From Azolla caroliniana (Eukaryota > Plantae > Polypodiophyta): a stretch of 64,000 bases of DNA. The notes below the pieces were generated by a model. The model was given only the letters and a program-made list of their open reading frames with translations, did not search any database and was not told where the DNA came from. The stretch lies in NCBI GenBank assembly GCA_043228905.1, contig JBHGNT010000015.1, positions 17,422,001-17,486,000 of the forward strand. The letters run 5' to 3'. Below are positions 51,901 to 64,000 of the stretch, piece after piece (position 1 is the stretch's first letter; each line of letters opens with the position of its first letter). Position numbers and translations under genes: made by a program.

Positions 51901-54900
51901 TAGCGAAGAACTATTTCAACGGCCTCTTCGAAGGATTTTGGATCCTTATCGTGCACTCTCCAGTGATAGTCCGAATTGGGGATGCCATTGACAAAACAAG
52001 CTATTAACCAGTTGTCCCATTCTAGAACCGATTTTTGGATTTGGGTTCTAGCATGGTGGACATAGTCTTCTAGCGAGGAAAATTTCCGACTAGAGAGTTT
52101 CATTAAAGCTTGTGTTGCCTCAGTTCGAGAGGGAGGTTGCAGAAATTGGCCCTTGAAAACTGTGACAAAATCTATCCAGCTATCGGGCATTTTCCCCAAA
52201 GTTCGAAGCCCATGCCACCAGGCGGCGGCCTTACCCCCTAGTTCTCGGCCGACATATGCAATCTTCATACTATCTGGCGTGGGAGAGAGCTCAAAATGAG
52301 ACTCCCATCGGCCCAGCCACGTGCAAATTGCTTCTTCGGTTCTTTCCTTTTTTTGTCCCGTAAATGGCTTAATGACAAATGATGGTTCACCCTATCGCTC
52401 ATCAGGTCTATTAGTCTCACGTTGTAAACTAATGACACGTGCCTCGAGAGCACTTTGAGATTGCCGAAGTTCGGTCATCTGTTGAGCGGTGAAACTAAGG
52501 TATTGGGTTATTTGCGAAAAATACATCTCAATGGACATTTGTCTAGGAGGACTCCCTTGAGTTCCTTCCGCTTGAGTGGATGACATCGGGTCGTTATTTT
52601 GAGCCATTAAATGATTATTTCTGGAAAAGAAATACGATAAGGTCAGACAAATAGTCATAACATCATGTCGTGATGTAAACATATCATGGGCAAACATTAA
52701 TCGATATCATGATCTCATGTCAATACCCCTCTAGACGTATGATATAAGGTTCAAGATCAAGTTACTATGGTAACACAAAGGTGTTTTAAAAACCATGGGG
52801 GTGACAAATTAATGTCTTTCCCTGATCTCTATATCGATTTTTTCATGGTAGCTCCCCGAGGCTCAACCATGTATGTTCGCGTCATGAGTAGTTTATACAC
52901 GAAAAAAATGTTAACAGTAAACTATGTTTCTATGCCCACATATGTGGTTTCGGCTCTTTAAGTCCTATTACGAGGACCCCGAAGTGCACTTAGACCTCAA
53001 GTCTAAACATGTGTTATAGTCATATGTATCAACAATGTTGTATGGTCTTAGTCATATTTGAACTTGAGACCTCAAGAACAAATACATTAAACACTTGAGT
53101 CAACCAAGTAGATTACTCTTCTTTGAATGTTTAATGTTTCATGCGTATAAGAGATATGCAAGGCATTTGCCCATATATGTTTTTTTAAAAGAAACATATA
53201 TGTCAAGAGTCCTTATTTCGCCCTCATTTACTACAACTATGTTGGTACGTTACCTAACCTCAAGTCTCGTAATTACGATGGCATACGCCAAAGTGCAACC
53301 TAATGGTCAAGCCAAATGAGCCCTCTTTTCGTAGTAGGCCCACATGGCCCATCACATGGTCACGTCATTACGAATGCCTCTCGTAAGAATGATCTCATGG
53401 TGGCATCGTATCCATGTAATGAGGGAGGGATGTTGGATACGTGTGTCATAGGAGCGACCTCACATGAAGTGGGTCAAGCCCTACGTACTCAACATCATTA
53501 TGGCTATAGGCGTTTCTTTACATAATGAAATATCGAAGTCACCAACGGGGATTTCAACAATAAAAAATTGTTGAAAAAAGGGATGGTGACAACGCTATTC
53601 TCACAAAAATGTGAGGACAACCACCAAGATCATTTCCCCGAAAAGGAAAACATTCAATTTAAAATCACGTACTAACTTATATACACATATGTATATTATC
53701 ACATATATACGATCAACTACGTATACACGTGACCATATATGCCTATATTAAACAAATCGTTATATTTAATAGCCAAAAATGACATAATCGAGGCATATAC
53801 CTCTACACACACGAGACATCCAAAAATAAGGGTTAATCGTAATACGCAATTGAGGTATTGACCTCTTACGCATATCATTTACAACGAAATCGAGGTATTG
53901 ACCTCATACGCATACGTAACATATGTATGTGAGCGTAATACGCAATTGAGGTATTAACCTTGTGCTCATACGACACTAATCACATATTCAATATATGTCA
54001 AGTGAGTTATTGACCCCATACACATATGTAAACGTTTTATACAACCAATTAATTACCACTTCAACATCATTGAATATATATATATAAAATTACATATTAA
54101 CCATACACATGATTAAATTGGGAGAAGAAAGAATAGAAAAAACAAGAAAGATTACCGAAGTGCTTTTGTTGATCGTTGTCTGGATCAAGGCGACCGCACA
54201 TCAATCAATCACCATCAATCAACAAAACAAAAGACCATAAAAGAAACATTAGCACATTAGCTCTGATACCAACTGTTAGAGACATGAACTAATGTAAGCA
54301 TTAGATAAGGATAGAATATAGATCTAGATAGAAAGGAGAGAGATAAAGAAGGGTGCCGATCCACCTGACCACCCCCAAGCGAAGGGATCAAGATGGACTC
54401 GAGCCTCGATCCGCGTCCCATACCACCGCCGTGGCGTCGAGTCATACCTGGTGCTCGCGCACTTGCTACAAGAGTTGACCCACCACAAGACAGAGTCTTG
54501 ACGTAGTCAACAAGCTGATCAAATGAGGGTAGCTAGGCCTCTTATTTATAGCGATACCCAAGGCCCCCAGGCAAGTTCACACTTGGCCTAATGGGTTGTC
54601 TCAATCCCGAGGATTAAAAGTAATCCTCCCCTTCTTTACACTCTCGTTTAACCCTCACACTTATCCACGTGTATAGAATGCTACGGTAAATTCTCACCAC
54701 GGGATATTATATGGTCATGCCCGTAACATAAGCTTGGTCATAGAACTATATAGAGCAAGAGGGCCTTTCTAGCAAGTGGATCACAGAAGAATTGGATGAG
54801 GATTTCCTAAAACAATACTGGAAACAATTATGGGCCACTAAGATTGTCGAAAAAATAAAAGCTTTCTTATGGTTATGTAGTCATAGATATCTTCCGGTAG

Positions 54901-54959
54901 GCGTTTGGCTGCAGAAAAGGGGAATTGATGGGAAATGCACAATGGAGTATGGTCGCCTA

Positions 54960-55707
54960 TAGGGATGGGCAACGGTTCGGTTTAGGCTTAGCTGGTTTGC
55001 CCTTATCCAAGCCAAACCGGCTAAGCCTAAACCGTTTAAGGATTTTCAAACCTGAACCAAACCAATCCCTAAACCGGTTTGGGAGAAAACAACAATACTC
55101 TTACATTGAATATTGAACTTCATAACACAATTCTATGACAATTTAATATTGAACTTCATAACACAATTCTATTACAATTTAATATTGAACTTCATAACAC
55201 AATTCCGTTACAATTTATCATTGAACAATCCCCCTCTTATATGCTCCAAATGTAGAATGGTTAGAAGGCTTAGAGAAAAACAACAAGAAAACATAAAATG
55301 AGAAATGCACTCTCTGGGTTGATGGACCGGTCACTATTTGTGTCGAGAGTCCTATTACCTAAGTCGTCACTCTAGAGTCTATGTGCAGAAAATAGACTAG
55401 TGACTCGTGATTAGTTAGAAGTTAGAACTTAGACTTGAGTCACCACTACTTAGACTTGAGTTAGGACTTTGACTCGTGACTAGTTAGAACTTAGAACTTA
55501 GACTTTAGTAATAAACTATAGTAATTACTAATTAAATAACTTAAACGGCTTAGACGGCTTGAGCCGGTTTGGTGAGGCTCAAGCCAAGCCGAGCCGAGCT
55601 CAAACCATTAAGGCAGGCTCAAGCCTAAACCGAGCCGAGCCGCTAAGCCACATTAAGTCGGTTACGTTAAACGGTTTAGGCTTGAGCCGAGCCGTTGCCG
55701 ATCCCTA
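54960..55707. mobile_element. hAT-type non-autonomous element (MITE)
   Basis: TIR TAGGGAT(G/C)GGCAACGG; 8-bp TSD GTCGCCTA / GTCGCCCA; AACCG/AGCCG subterminal repeats; internal 36-bp x3 repeat at 55110-55220. Confidence 0.9.
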
Positions 55708-58285
55708 GTCGCCCACTAACTACACTACATGGGTAGTGGAACATGTTGAATTGCCAACAGGCAAGACTAACACTCCACCAAGGAAACAATTTCCACTTGC
55801 TCCAATAAAGAAAATTGCCACATTAGTACTCCCGGCAACTTTCGCAGATATGCTTTCACTCCATGCCTACCATCAAATACAAAAGCATCACGCATATCCG
55901 GGGCATATCCCAATTATGAAGCAATCCCCAAAACTTGAGAAATAGGAAAACAATCTCCATCTCTGATTTTGGGTCAACCTATGTATGTGCAAACACCCAC
56001 TATTTAAGCGTCAAATAACACTGATAAAACTTGCCAAATTTGAGAAATGTAACTCCAAATCTAACAAGCAATTGGACATTGTATAAAATGATGAGTACTA
56101 TATTCTATTTGAACGGTGCAAAAGAAGCAATTACCCGTTGCTCATCCATGACGCTTTAGAGCTAATCCTGGAGGCAATCCTCCAATCAAAACTCTCCAAA
56201 TGTGTGTGTGTGTGTGTCTTTTACTAAGATGAGACTAGCGATGTAAAATCTCTTGTCTGGCCTTATAGCCTATAGGCCATTTTGGCCTCTTAAAAGACTT
56301 TAGTTAATATATATTTCTTTCTTTGTGAGTTTGCATATGGTCGGGTTGGCCACACACGTTGGTCTCTCCGTGAGACGTTACATTGCAACCTCCTCCTTGT
56401 TTAGGTTGTCTATCCTCCTCGTCACGTCATGATGTCTCCCAGCAGCATGTAGACCCTCCCCCTTTAGCCCTATGTCGTCCACCACACTATCCTCTCCCTT
56501 TATGTATCCTCGCTTTGTTGCCATTCTCCTCATCGAAGCCAAGCCCACTTTGCAAGTCAATTTGTAGACTACCCGAATTGACAAGGAAATATATTTGTCT
56601 CTATGGCCAGCTGTTTGTAGTATATAATGACCATATGTTGGGTATGATGTGTGGGGGTTTTGGGTTCAGCAACACGAGCTACTTCAGAGAATTGGAATTG
56701 ATTTAAGAGGTCACGGCTTTTATATACTAAACCCACTTCTCCACGTGTTGCAAAATATTTGTCTTGTGGACTGATGGGTTTACTATATAAGACCATATTT
56801 TGGGTATGATGTCTGGGGGTTTTGGGTTTAGCAACATAGGCTACTTCAGAGAACTGGAATTCATTTAGGAGGTGGCGAAAGGAGGTCACTTTTGGTGTTA
56901 TTTTAGAGAAAGCCGCCCATATCTTTTCCTTGGGAAGTTTTATACCCATGTAAATATCTCTTGCATTCATGCTAATTTGATTTCTCAAAGTCTAATGATA
57001 TTGAGCATGTGCTTGATATAACCTTCATTGATGCAATAGGTGATTTAATCTTGTCCCTTGATAACGAAACAAATCTACTCAAGAAATGCAAATGGAAGCA
57101 AAAATATCAACAAAATGTATTTTCATGTGGATAGAATGGCATTAGCTGTGGGTTTGGCCAGATGGTATGCCCACGAAGGATGATGAAATATGCTGAGTAT
57201 AGGTTCAATCAGATGCAAATCAAGGAATATGAAAAATAGGAGCTTGCATTACTTTTGCACTCCCATAAAGCCAACACTTGGGACATATGCATGAAAGTCA
57301 TGGTTCGCATGGAATTGTCTTATCCCCAAGTCATTTTAAGCAAGAAGGCATTTAAAAACGAATCTCAAAGACACCTAACTAAAGATAAGAATCTACACCA
57401 CTGTTATTAGTACTGTCTTAGGAGTTATGTATGTCAATGGCAGTCTATAAGTAGCTGAAAAGAAAGAAATAATTGAGATTTTGTGCAATCTCATTCGAGA
57501 CTTATTTTTTGGTTTGGTGATATCAAAAGAAATTATGGCATCATGGCGTATTTGGAATTCTGCCTTCGTACAGTAGGAAAAGGATAAGAAGTGAAATCTA
57601 AAAACGGGATTTTGAACATGATCTTGTAATCACTAAAATGCTAAATGATACATATGCAGAATCCCATTTCTTCTTATGAGATGGATGGAGTCATTGAAAT
57701 AGGTGGAGGGGGATGCTCTTATGTATGCATTCATAAGAAGTCAGTTTCTTTTTATGTGATGGATGGTGTCATGCAACACCGTTGATGTGCAGGCAACATG
57801 AGGAAGGTTATTAGATGCATATAAACTGTTCGAAGGGCTGAGATCCCTTAAAGTGGGTGTTGATCACATGGTTGTACATGACAGCATGTTCATACATGCT
57901 AGAATCATGGATCGAGGCATACAAAATGACCTCTATACCATAATGCTTTGATTGAGTTTTACATTGAATATGGAAAATAGAGGATGCTTGGTCATTGTAA
58001 ATATGGGGGTATATTGGATGCATGTGATGACCCAAAGGTGGTATCGGGAGATGTTGAATATGAACATGATGAGGAAGATTGATTTGGTTTGAACATATGC
58101 AAATTCATGGTATGTTTCAACTATTGAGGAAGTGTTCAATCAAGTCTATCAAAAGAAGCATTCATGGCTAGCTATTGTCTTACACAAGACGGGTTGGGGA
58201 AGGATAATCATCTCCTTTCCATCATTTTGTATTTTGTCGCTGATATGGTTTTTTTAAACTAATGGAAGGATATGTTTTTTATAAA

Positions 58286-58336
58286 AAGAAAAAAGAAAAG
58301 AAAAGAAAAGAAAAGAAAAGAAAAGAAAAGAAAAGA
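58286..58336. repeat. (GAAAA)n microsatellite
   Basis: Direct observation. Confidence 0.9.
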
Positions 58337-59771
58337 CTCTACACCATCACCTTAGCTAGGAGACTAATTAGGATCAAGAGAATCTCATACTACCATATGA
58401 GGCATTCATCACTATCCCACAAATGCACCAACCAAGATGAATATCTTCTCATGGTCCTTCTAGGTCAACATAGGACATGTTTTATGGGCTCCAAGGAGAT
58501 TAAAGAAGCTTTGGTATCATAATCTCTCCCTCTCCCTTTGAACAATTTCCCCTTTAACAAAATCTTGTAACAATAAAACTAGCCAAACCATTTAATTTCT
58601 ATCATAACACTCTTTTACTGCACAACTAAATTGGGAATAAAAAGCTTGGCATGGAAATTCTCTTCTTTTTTAGATGGGATCAAGGACGATTGAGATGACA
58701 ACCAATGTAGTCCATAAGTATGCGAGTAAAGTGAAAATATGGACATTGATCACTTAGTCACATCACACCTGAAAGGCATGCCAAAGTTAAGTGGCAACTT
58801 TCATACCTGGCAAACTATATGATGGAGAATAAAGAGGGTTGCAAATACAAATGAAGTTAACTAACAAAAACCTATGTATGAGTACAATTGGCCACACCCA
58901 CATGTTCAATCAGAATTGAAACCATTTGCAATACATGAACTCTAAATACACTTCTAGGAGGTACTAATCCATACATGGATCCTATTATGAAGCAATACAA
59001 CCAAAAGAACTTTGACAATTGCTTGATGTGTCGATGCAATAAACCAATGGTAGAAAGAAAGCACACCCACCTCTTTCATGTTATCATGCATATTCCATAA
59101 ATGCAAGAATGATACATTGTACACATGTAATCAAGGAATGCAAGAAGCTACCTACTCTTGGTTTGGTCAAATTGAGTGATTTTGGAACGTGGGATTCAAA
59201 TACACTTAATAATCACCACCTTTTGCAACCGTCGTCATTTGCGAGCTTCCATGTAATCTACCACATAATTAGTTTAACTATTTCAACTCATAGAAGTGGG
59301 ACGAAGAAATTCTACCGGTATGCAATAGCGAGATCATATGCACTGCCTTATAAAAGGTAATGCAATTGTTTCCACTAATTGTGTTGTGGCAACAATTGTC
59401 ACTGTCCCTATGGTAAAACCACTTTTCTGTGCAAAAATCTATTATGTATGATTCCAAAACACAATCAAAATTTGTTTTTGACCATTACTTGAGACCTGAA
59501 TCAAGTACCTTAAATGTTGAAAAGTGTATTTATACAACAATGTTTCATTAAAATTTAGAGAGGTCTACAATGCACTTTTTAAGAAATGGTTTGTCAAAAA
59601 ACAAATATTAGGTAGGGTAGTAAAGAAACTAAATTCATATACAGTGCGGGCATCATCACCTTCATTATCTATAGGAATGGCATGTATAAAAGAAAAAAAC
59701 GAAAGAAGCTGGAGCGGAAGAGGATCAATTAATCTACAAATAAACCTTTCTATATACAAGAAAAACCATTT

Positions 59772-62700
59772 CTACAAGCTGACCATCTTGAAAAGCTCAG
59801 CCATGTCGGCTGATGATGGACTCAATGCTTCATTTGGGTAACACTTCGCAAGAACAGCTTCCAACCCTTCATACTTATCAAGAAAATCTACCTACAAAAG
59901 CACTCACCCAACAGCAAATATCACCAAAATAACACATATCTATGTATTCAATGAAAATGTATGATTCCAATATTAGTGCATACCTTGCACTTCTCCCACA
60001 AGGAGGGCAGCAATTCATCAGATGTTATTTGCTTTTGTATTTTTTTGTACATCGCAGACAAACTCTTTTCAACCTGCAGGAAAGAAATATATTCAAATGT
60101 AAAGCTATATAATATAGAATTGGAAACAGAATACAAGATAAATGTTTGACAAAAGAATAGAACATGATTCCATACCCCAGCAAGGCTTGTTTTTACCACT
60201 TTCTTCATGTCAGATTTAGAGGTTCCAAGAGAGAAAGGCACCTAGATAACCCCCCAAAAAAACCATGGAAGTGATGGTTAATGTTTCAAATACTGACCAC
60301 GAAGGATGGACAGAGAACAGTATTTGCAGGCATTATTTACTACCCCTTTTGTTATGTTAATATTTGAAAAAATGATCTGCATGGTAAGAAAAATGCGAAG
60401 GCAATCATAAACATATATTCATACCCAAACACATAGCTTTCTTCTCTGTTTGTGACCATTGTATGCAAGGATAGTTTTGATAAATAGTTAAAACTAACTT
60501 ATCTAAATTTTGTCGCAAGACCACAAACCTCTTCTGGTTGTACTGTATACAGAAGGCTTTCCACTTTCTGACCAAACTGGAAAAGCTTTTCGAATTGCTG
60601 TTGCAAACATACCATTCGATGACATCAATGAGAAACAATGGAGACTTTGTAAAAGGTTACTAATTTTACAAACAAAACACAGTTACATGATTAATGATGG
60701 AATTTATGTATCTGGTTCGAGCTTGCTCATAGTTATCACTCGCATTCTGATAGAATTCACGTAGCGTAGGAACTACATTCGCTAGTTCATACATACTGCA
60801 GAAGAACACATAATTGCTATTAAGTAATATTACTCATTGCAAGCATGCATGACCGAGATCAGATAGCCACACCAACCTGTTCTGAAATGCTGCATAATTT
60901 TCTAGGAGTACAATATCTGAATGCTTCGGATCCATTTGAGCCACTTTTTCAAAAACACTAAACATGGTTTTCACCTGCACTTAACAAAACTACAGCATAT
61001 CAAATCAAGGTTGATGCAAAATGATAACATTCTACTGTTACAGCCAATCCTTGATTCATTTGTCTTAATGTTAAATTTACTTCTTCTAGCAGTAAAATCT
61101 ATATTCGAGTCTCAATTGCAATTTGCACTTAAGGTGCTGGTCACATATAAGTCAAAGCAGATTGGAAGTATATTCAGACAGGTGGACAATGGGAGTTAAG
61201 GAAATACAGTCTAGTATTTTTCTCAAATCTCACAAACACTGAACCCTAGGAACTGATCTTTCAATACTCATGCAAATATAGAAAACATATGTAAACATCA
61301 GCAGAAACTAGGTCCTTTTTATATGATTAGTTATTTTTCCTACTGAAGACAGTTTTCATGAAATTTATTTGAATTGATAATCCAAACCAAGTGTTCAAGA
61401 TAGAAACAACAAAGAACTCATTGAAGAATAAGAGGTCTGGATGGCCTATACTTCTGAAAACGTCCTCATCCTGGAGAATAAATCAATAAAGTAGAAATTC
61501 CTAACGTACAATCAGCTGAACAGTTGGGACATTTGATGAGCTTTTGTGAAAAATGTAGATATTCTACACAGACAGGTGAGTGAGTGGTTCAATATGGAAC
61601 GGCGTATATAACTTCCATGCGACGATGGTTACTCTCTCCACAACATAACCAGAAGCAACATCTTGTAAATTCATCATATGTACTCACTCTTTCACACACT
61701 CCTGATCATGACAGCATGAAAATATAGCCATTTGATCCTCAGATCCAATGAAAGAAGGGACAAATAATATGCTTACCAACTTTTTATAGGCTGCATCAAC
61801 CATGTCTCTTGAATTACCATGAACCAGACTTTCCATGCGTTGTGCCAAAGTCTCAAACCTACCAAAAATGTTAAATGTGAAAGTTAGCCCTGCTCCATAC
61901 AAAACAAGGTCGTAAAATGTGAAGTATAAGACAGGTCAATTGAGTGTAATCTGCTTAGGCAAAAAGGAAAAGAGAAATACGGATACATCGTGTTTATACT
62001 TGCATCTAGAAAATGTATTCTTCAAGAACTTCCTTGGAAAAGAAATCATTCACGTATTTTATACCTGGAGATGTATGTGAGCACACCAATCTGCCTAAGA
62101 TTACCATGCTTTTCAATTTGATTGCACGCCTCATCAACGAACTATAGAGACAAGAAAATGTGAAAATTAGAGTCATGTATATGAGCTGCATGCTTTTATC
62201 AATAGAACACCTTTAGAGAAAGACATTTAAACAGCAAACATACTCTGTTAAAGCATTGTGTGATCCTAGATTGCAAATCGACCAAGAGACGCCGAACAAA
62301 ACCAGCAGCATCAGCTTTCTGGCTTGACAGAAAGCGTTCGGTTGCCCCTTGCATGGAGATGCATCTTAAAGGGTCTGACTTATATGCCCATTCTACTACC
62401 GCATAAAAGTCCTCCTAAATTGAATTTCTTATGAAAGTTTAAAATATGCCATGTGATGGAAATCTACGATCCTCCTGACATTTGAACTAAAATATACCTG
62501 AATGCCATCCAGGAGCTCCTCCAAAGCTTTGTTAAGGGAATCAAGTTCTGACGAGTCCTTTCCAACTGCACAGAAAAAGTTATAATGAGCAGTCAAACCA
62601 CCCATTCATCAAACCAATTGAACCTGAAGTGATATCACACTTAACGACCATTGGTAGGAGAGCCTGGACTATTTTCTTCATCTTCATCAGAGACCCTTCT

Positions 62701-63820
62701 ATCATTTGGTCCAGGTGGCACAAGAGGCAACACATCAAAGCACATGAAAGATGCAAAGAATGTGCTCTGTAAACAGAAAAATGAAATACTCAATAGAACT
62801 TCTAGAACAGAAAAAAAAACCGCAGAAAAATATGTTCACCTTCACTATCTGCTGGGAAAACTAAATCAAGATCTCAATGAGAAATAAAGGTAAATAAAGA
62901 AAATCAGCAAAGGAAGTAAATGAAAAGCCAGAGGTATATGACAGCGAAGAAATATAGCAAGAATCTTAAATGTGTCAGGATCTCAGCATTAGTGGGGGCC
63001 AGATTTTGGCTTAGAACCAACCTTCAGACACTACCTGATTGCACTTGCGGCTTTCACACTATTTTGCATTACTTCAAATTTTCAGTCCTATTTCAGGTTC
63101 TGAAGATTTCAAAAACTGTATATCTGGATTTATGTCTTAAATAGTACCTAATAGTTAGATTTGTAGTTATATTTAATGTCTGAATTTTAGGATTTCAGTT
63201 CTGTTGTAGATGCATTTTGGTTTTATTCTTCAAGCACTCTTGGCAACCACAATTTTCTCAGCTTTTCTTCAGTCAGAGGTATCACAACCACTGAAAAGGT
63301 GTTCCTTCAACTGTACAATGCACAGCAACAGCAAGAGGGTCTCAATTCTCAAAAGACATTCATTGTTTCCAACCTCTATTCTTCATAAACAAAGGTCTGT
63401 CACATCATTGAATGTGTAACCTATTGAAGAATTACATTTTCAGATATATGAAGATTAAAACACGATATATTTGTTTTCTATACTCAAGTCCAGCATTGAA
63501 TTAAACCTGGGCAAAACATTTTAGTGTACTGTTTATACACTCCAGATACAGTAATTTCTCAAGATGGCAATACAAACTGAGGGTGAAGAGCAGAAGAAAA
63601 TGCCATATAGAAGATGAACCATAATCTTAATAAGTTTTTAAACTAAAATAACCTCATCAACCAACAAAGGTATGAATATTCGAAGCATTTTCGCATAGGC
63701 ATCTGAAACTGTAGATGTATCCATACTGCCAGCCCCTTGTCCTTCTAACCATGCTCCCCCTGGATTTAAATTTCGGTTTACCTTGGTGCTTGCCCTTAAT
63801 TCATTCCCAAATTCTCTAGC
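59772..63820 (-). CDS. SEC3: Exocyst complex component SEC3, 3' exons (gene continues beyond the window)
   Basis: Exons encode [109 protein letters not shown]...; stop at 59772-59774. Confidence 0.93.
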
Positions 63821-64000
63821 CTGATAGTACAGAAAACAAAACAAAACAAAACAAATAAACAAATATTATTCAGTCGGTGTCTAAATTATTATTTCATTGA
63901 GCTTAAAATATCATGTTGGCATTCATATTCTCTTGCTTATATAAAGAAATTCACACCTCACGTCTTAGTAGGAAATTTAAGGAATGGCAATATGCCTTCC

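Larger units (their letters stand above)
37289..54728 (-). mobile_element. Full-length Ty3/Gypsy chromovirus (defective), ~7 kb plus a nested 10.45-kb DNA transposon
   Basis: LTRs 37289-37745 (TG mutated to TA) and 54274-54728; TSD TAAGC at 37284-37288 and 54729-54733; PBS-iMet at 54260-54271; PPT after 37745; gag CVFCKKKGHTKEQC, protease LFDSGSSHNF, RT LDDILVY, RNase H, integrase HDAPSAGH/SMDFI/HPQSDGQTER, chromodomain ILD...EFKIKW...DATWE at ~37800-37915. Confidence 0.96.
31040..54945 (+). mobile_element. Old L1-clade LINE ORF2 fragment split into three pieces (31040-31228, 36976-37288, 54734-54945)
   Basis: LSLMGRV...IFLWAS | KVAWKKI..KKEGG(L)G.ID | YWKQLWATKIVEKIKAFLWLCSHRYLPVG.WL (zf-RVT); pieces are contiguous once the Copia and Gypsy are removed. 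Confidence 0.75.

Noticed and set aside
53838-53975. Three short repeats (AATTGAGGTATTGACCTC) in the Gypsy 5' leader
   Set aside because: Leader repeats are common in LTR retrotransposons; nothing further supports a special role.

Overview
Eukaryotic, intron-rich land-plant DNA; the TE complement suggests a non-seed plant such as a fern or bryophyte (inference). Three host genes lie on the minus strand: a 4-exon TauE/SafE-family membrane protein (5353-7988), a ~16-exon SIZ1-type SUMO E3 ligase (18855-28188) and the 3' part of exocyst SEC3 (59772 to window edge). Between SIZ1 and SEC3 is a ~28-kb transposon nest. An RTE-X-like LINE abuts an old L1 fragment, which is split by a full-length Copia (TSD CAAGC) and a chromovirus Gypsy (TSD TAAGC), followed by a hAT MITE. 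The most notable element is a 10.45-kb cut-and-paste DNA transposon inside the Gypsy (39324-49777; 26-bp GGG...CCC TIRs, 4-bp TSD CAAA). It encodes a Sola2-like DDD transposase and a convergent 6-exon accessory gene (coiled coil, RING-H2, acidic repeats). Two unrelated intronic tandem arrays in it are both dense in an AGTAC motif, an architecture reminiscent of the VANDAL/VANC anti-silencing system. A second, older nest (Copia remnant < solo LTR < hAT MITE, plus L1 fragments) lies at 11.3-15.3 kb. All calls come from reading the sequence by eye; no database searches were run.
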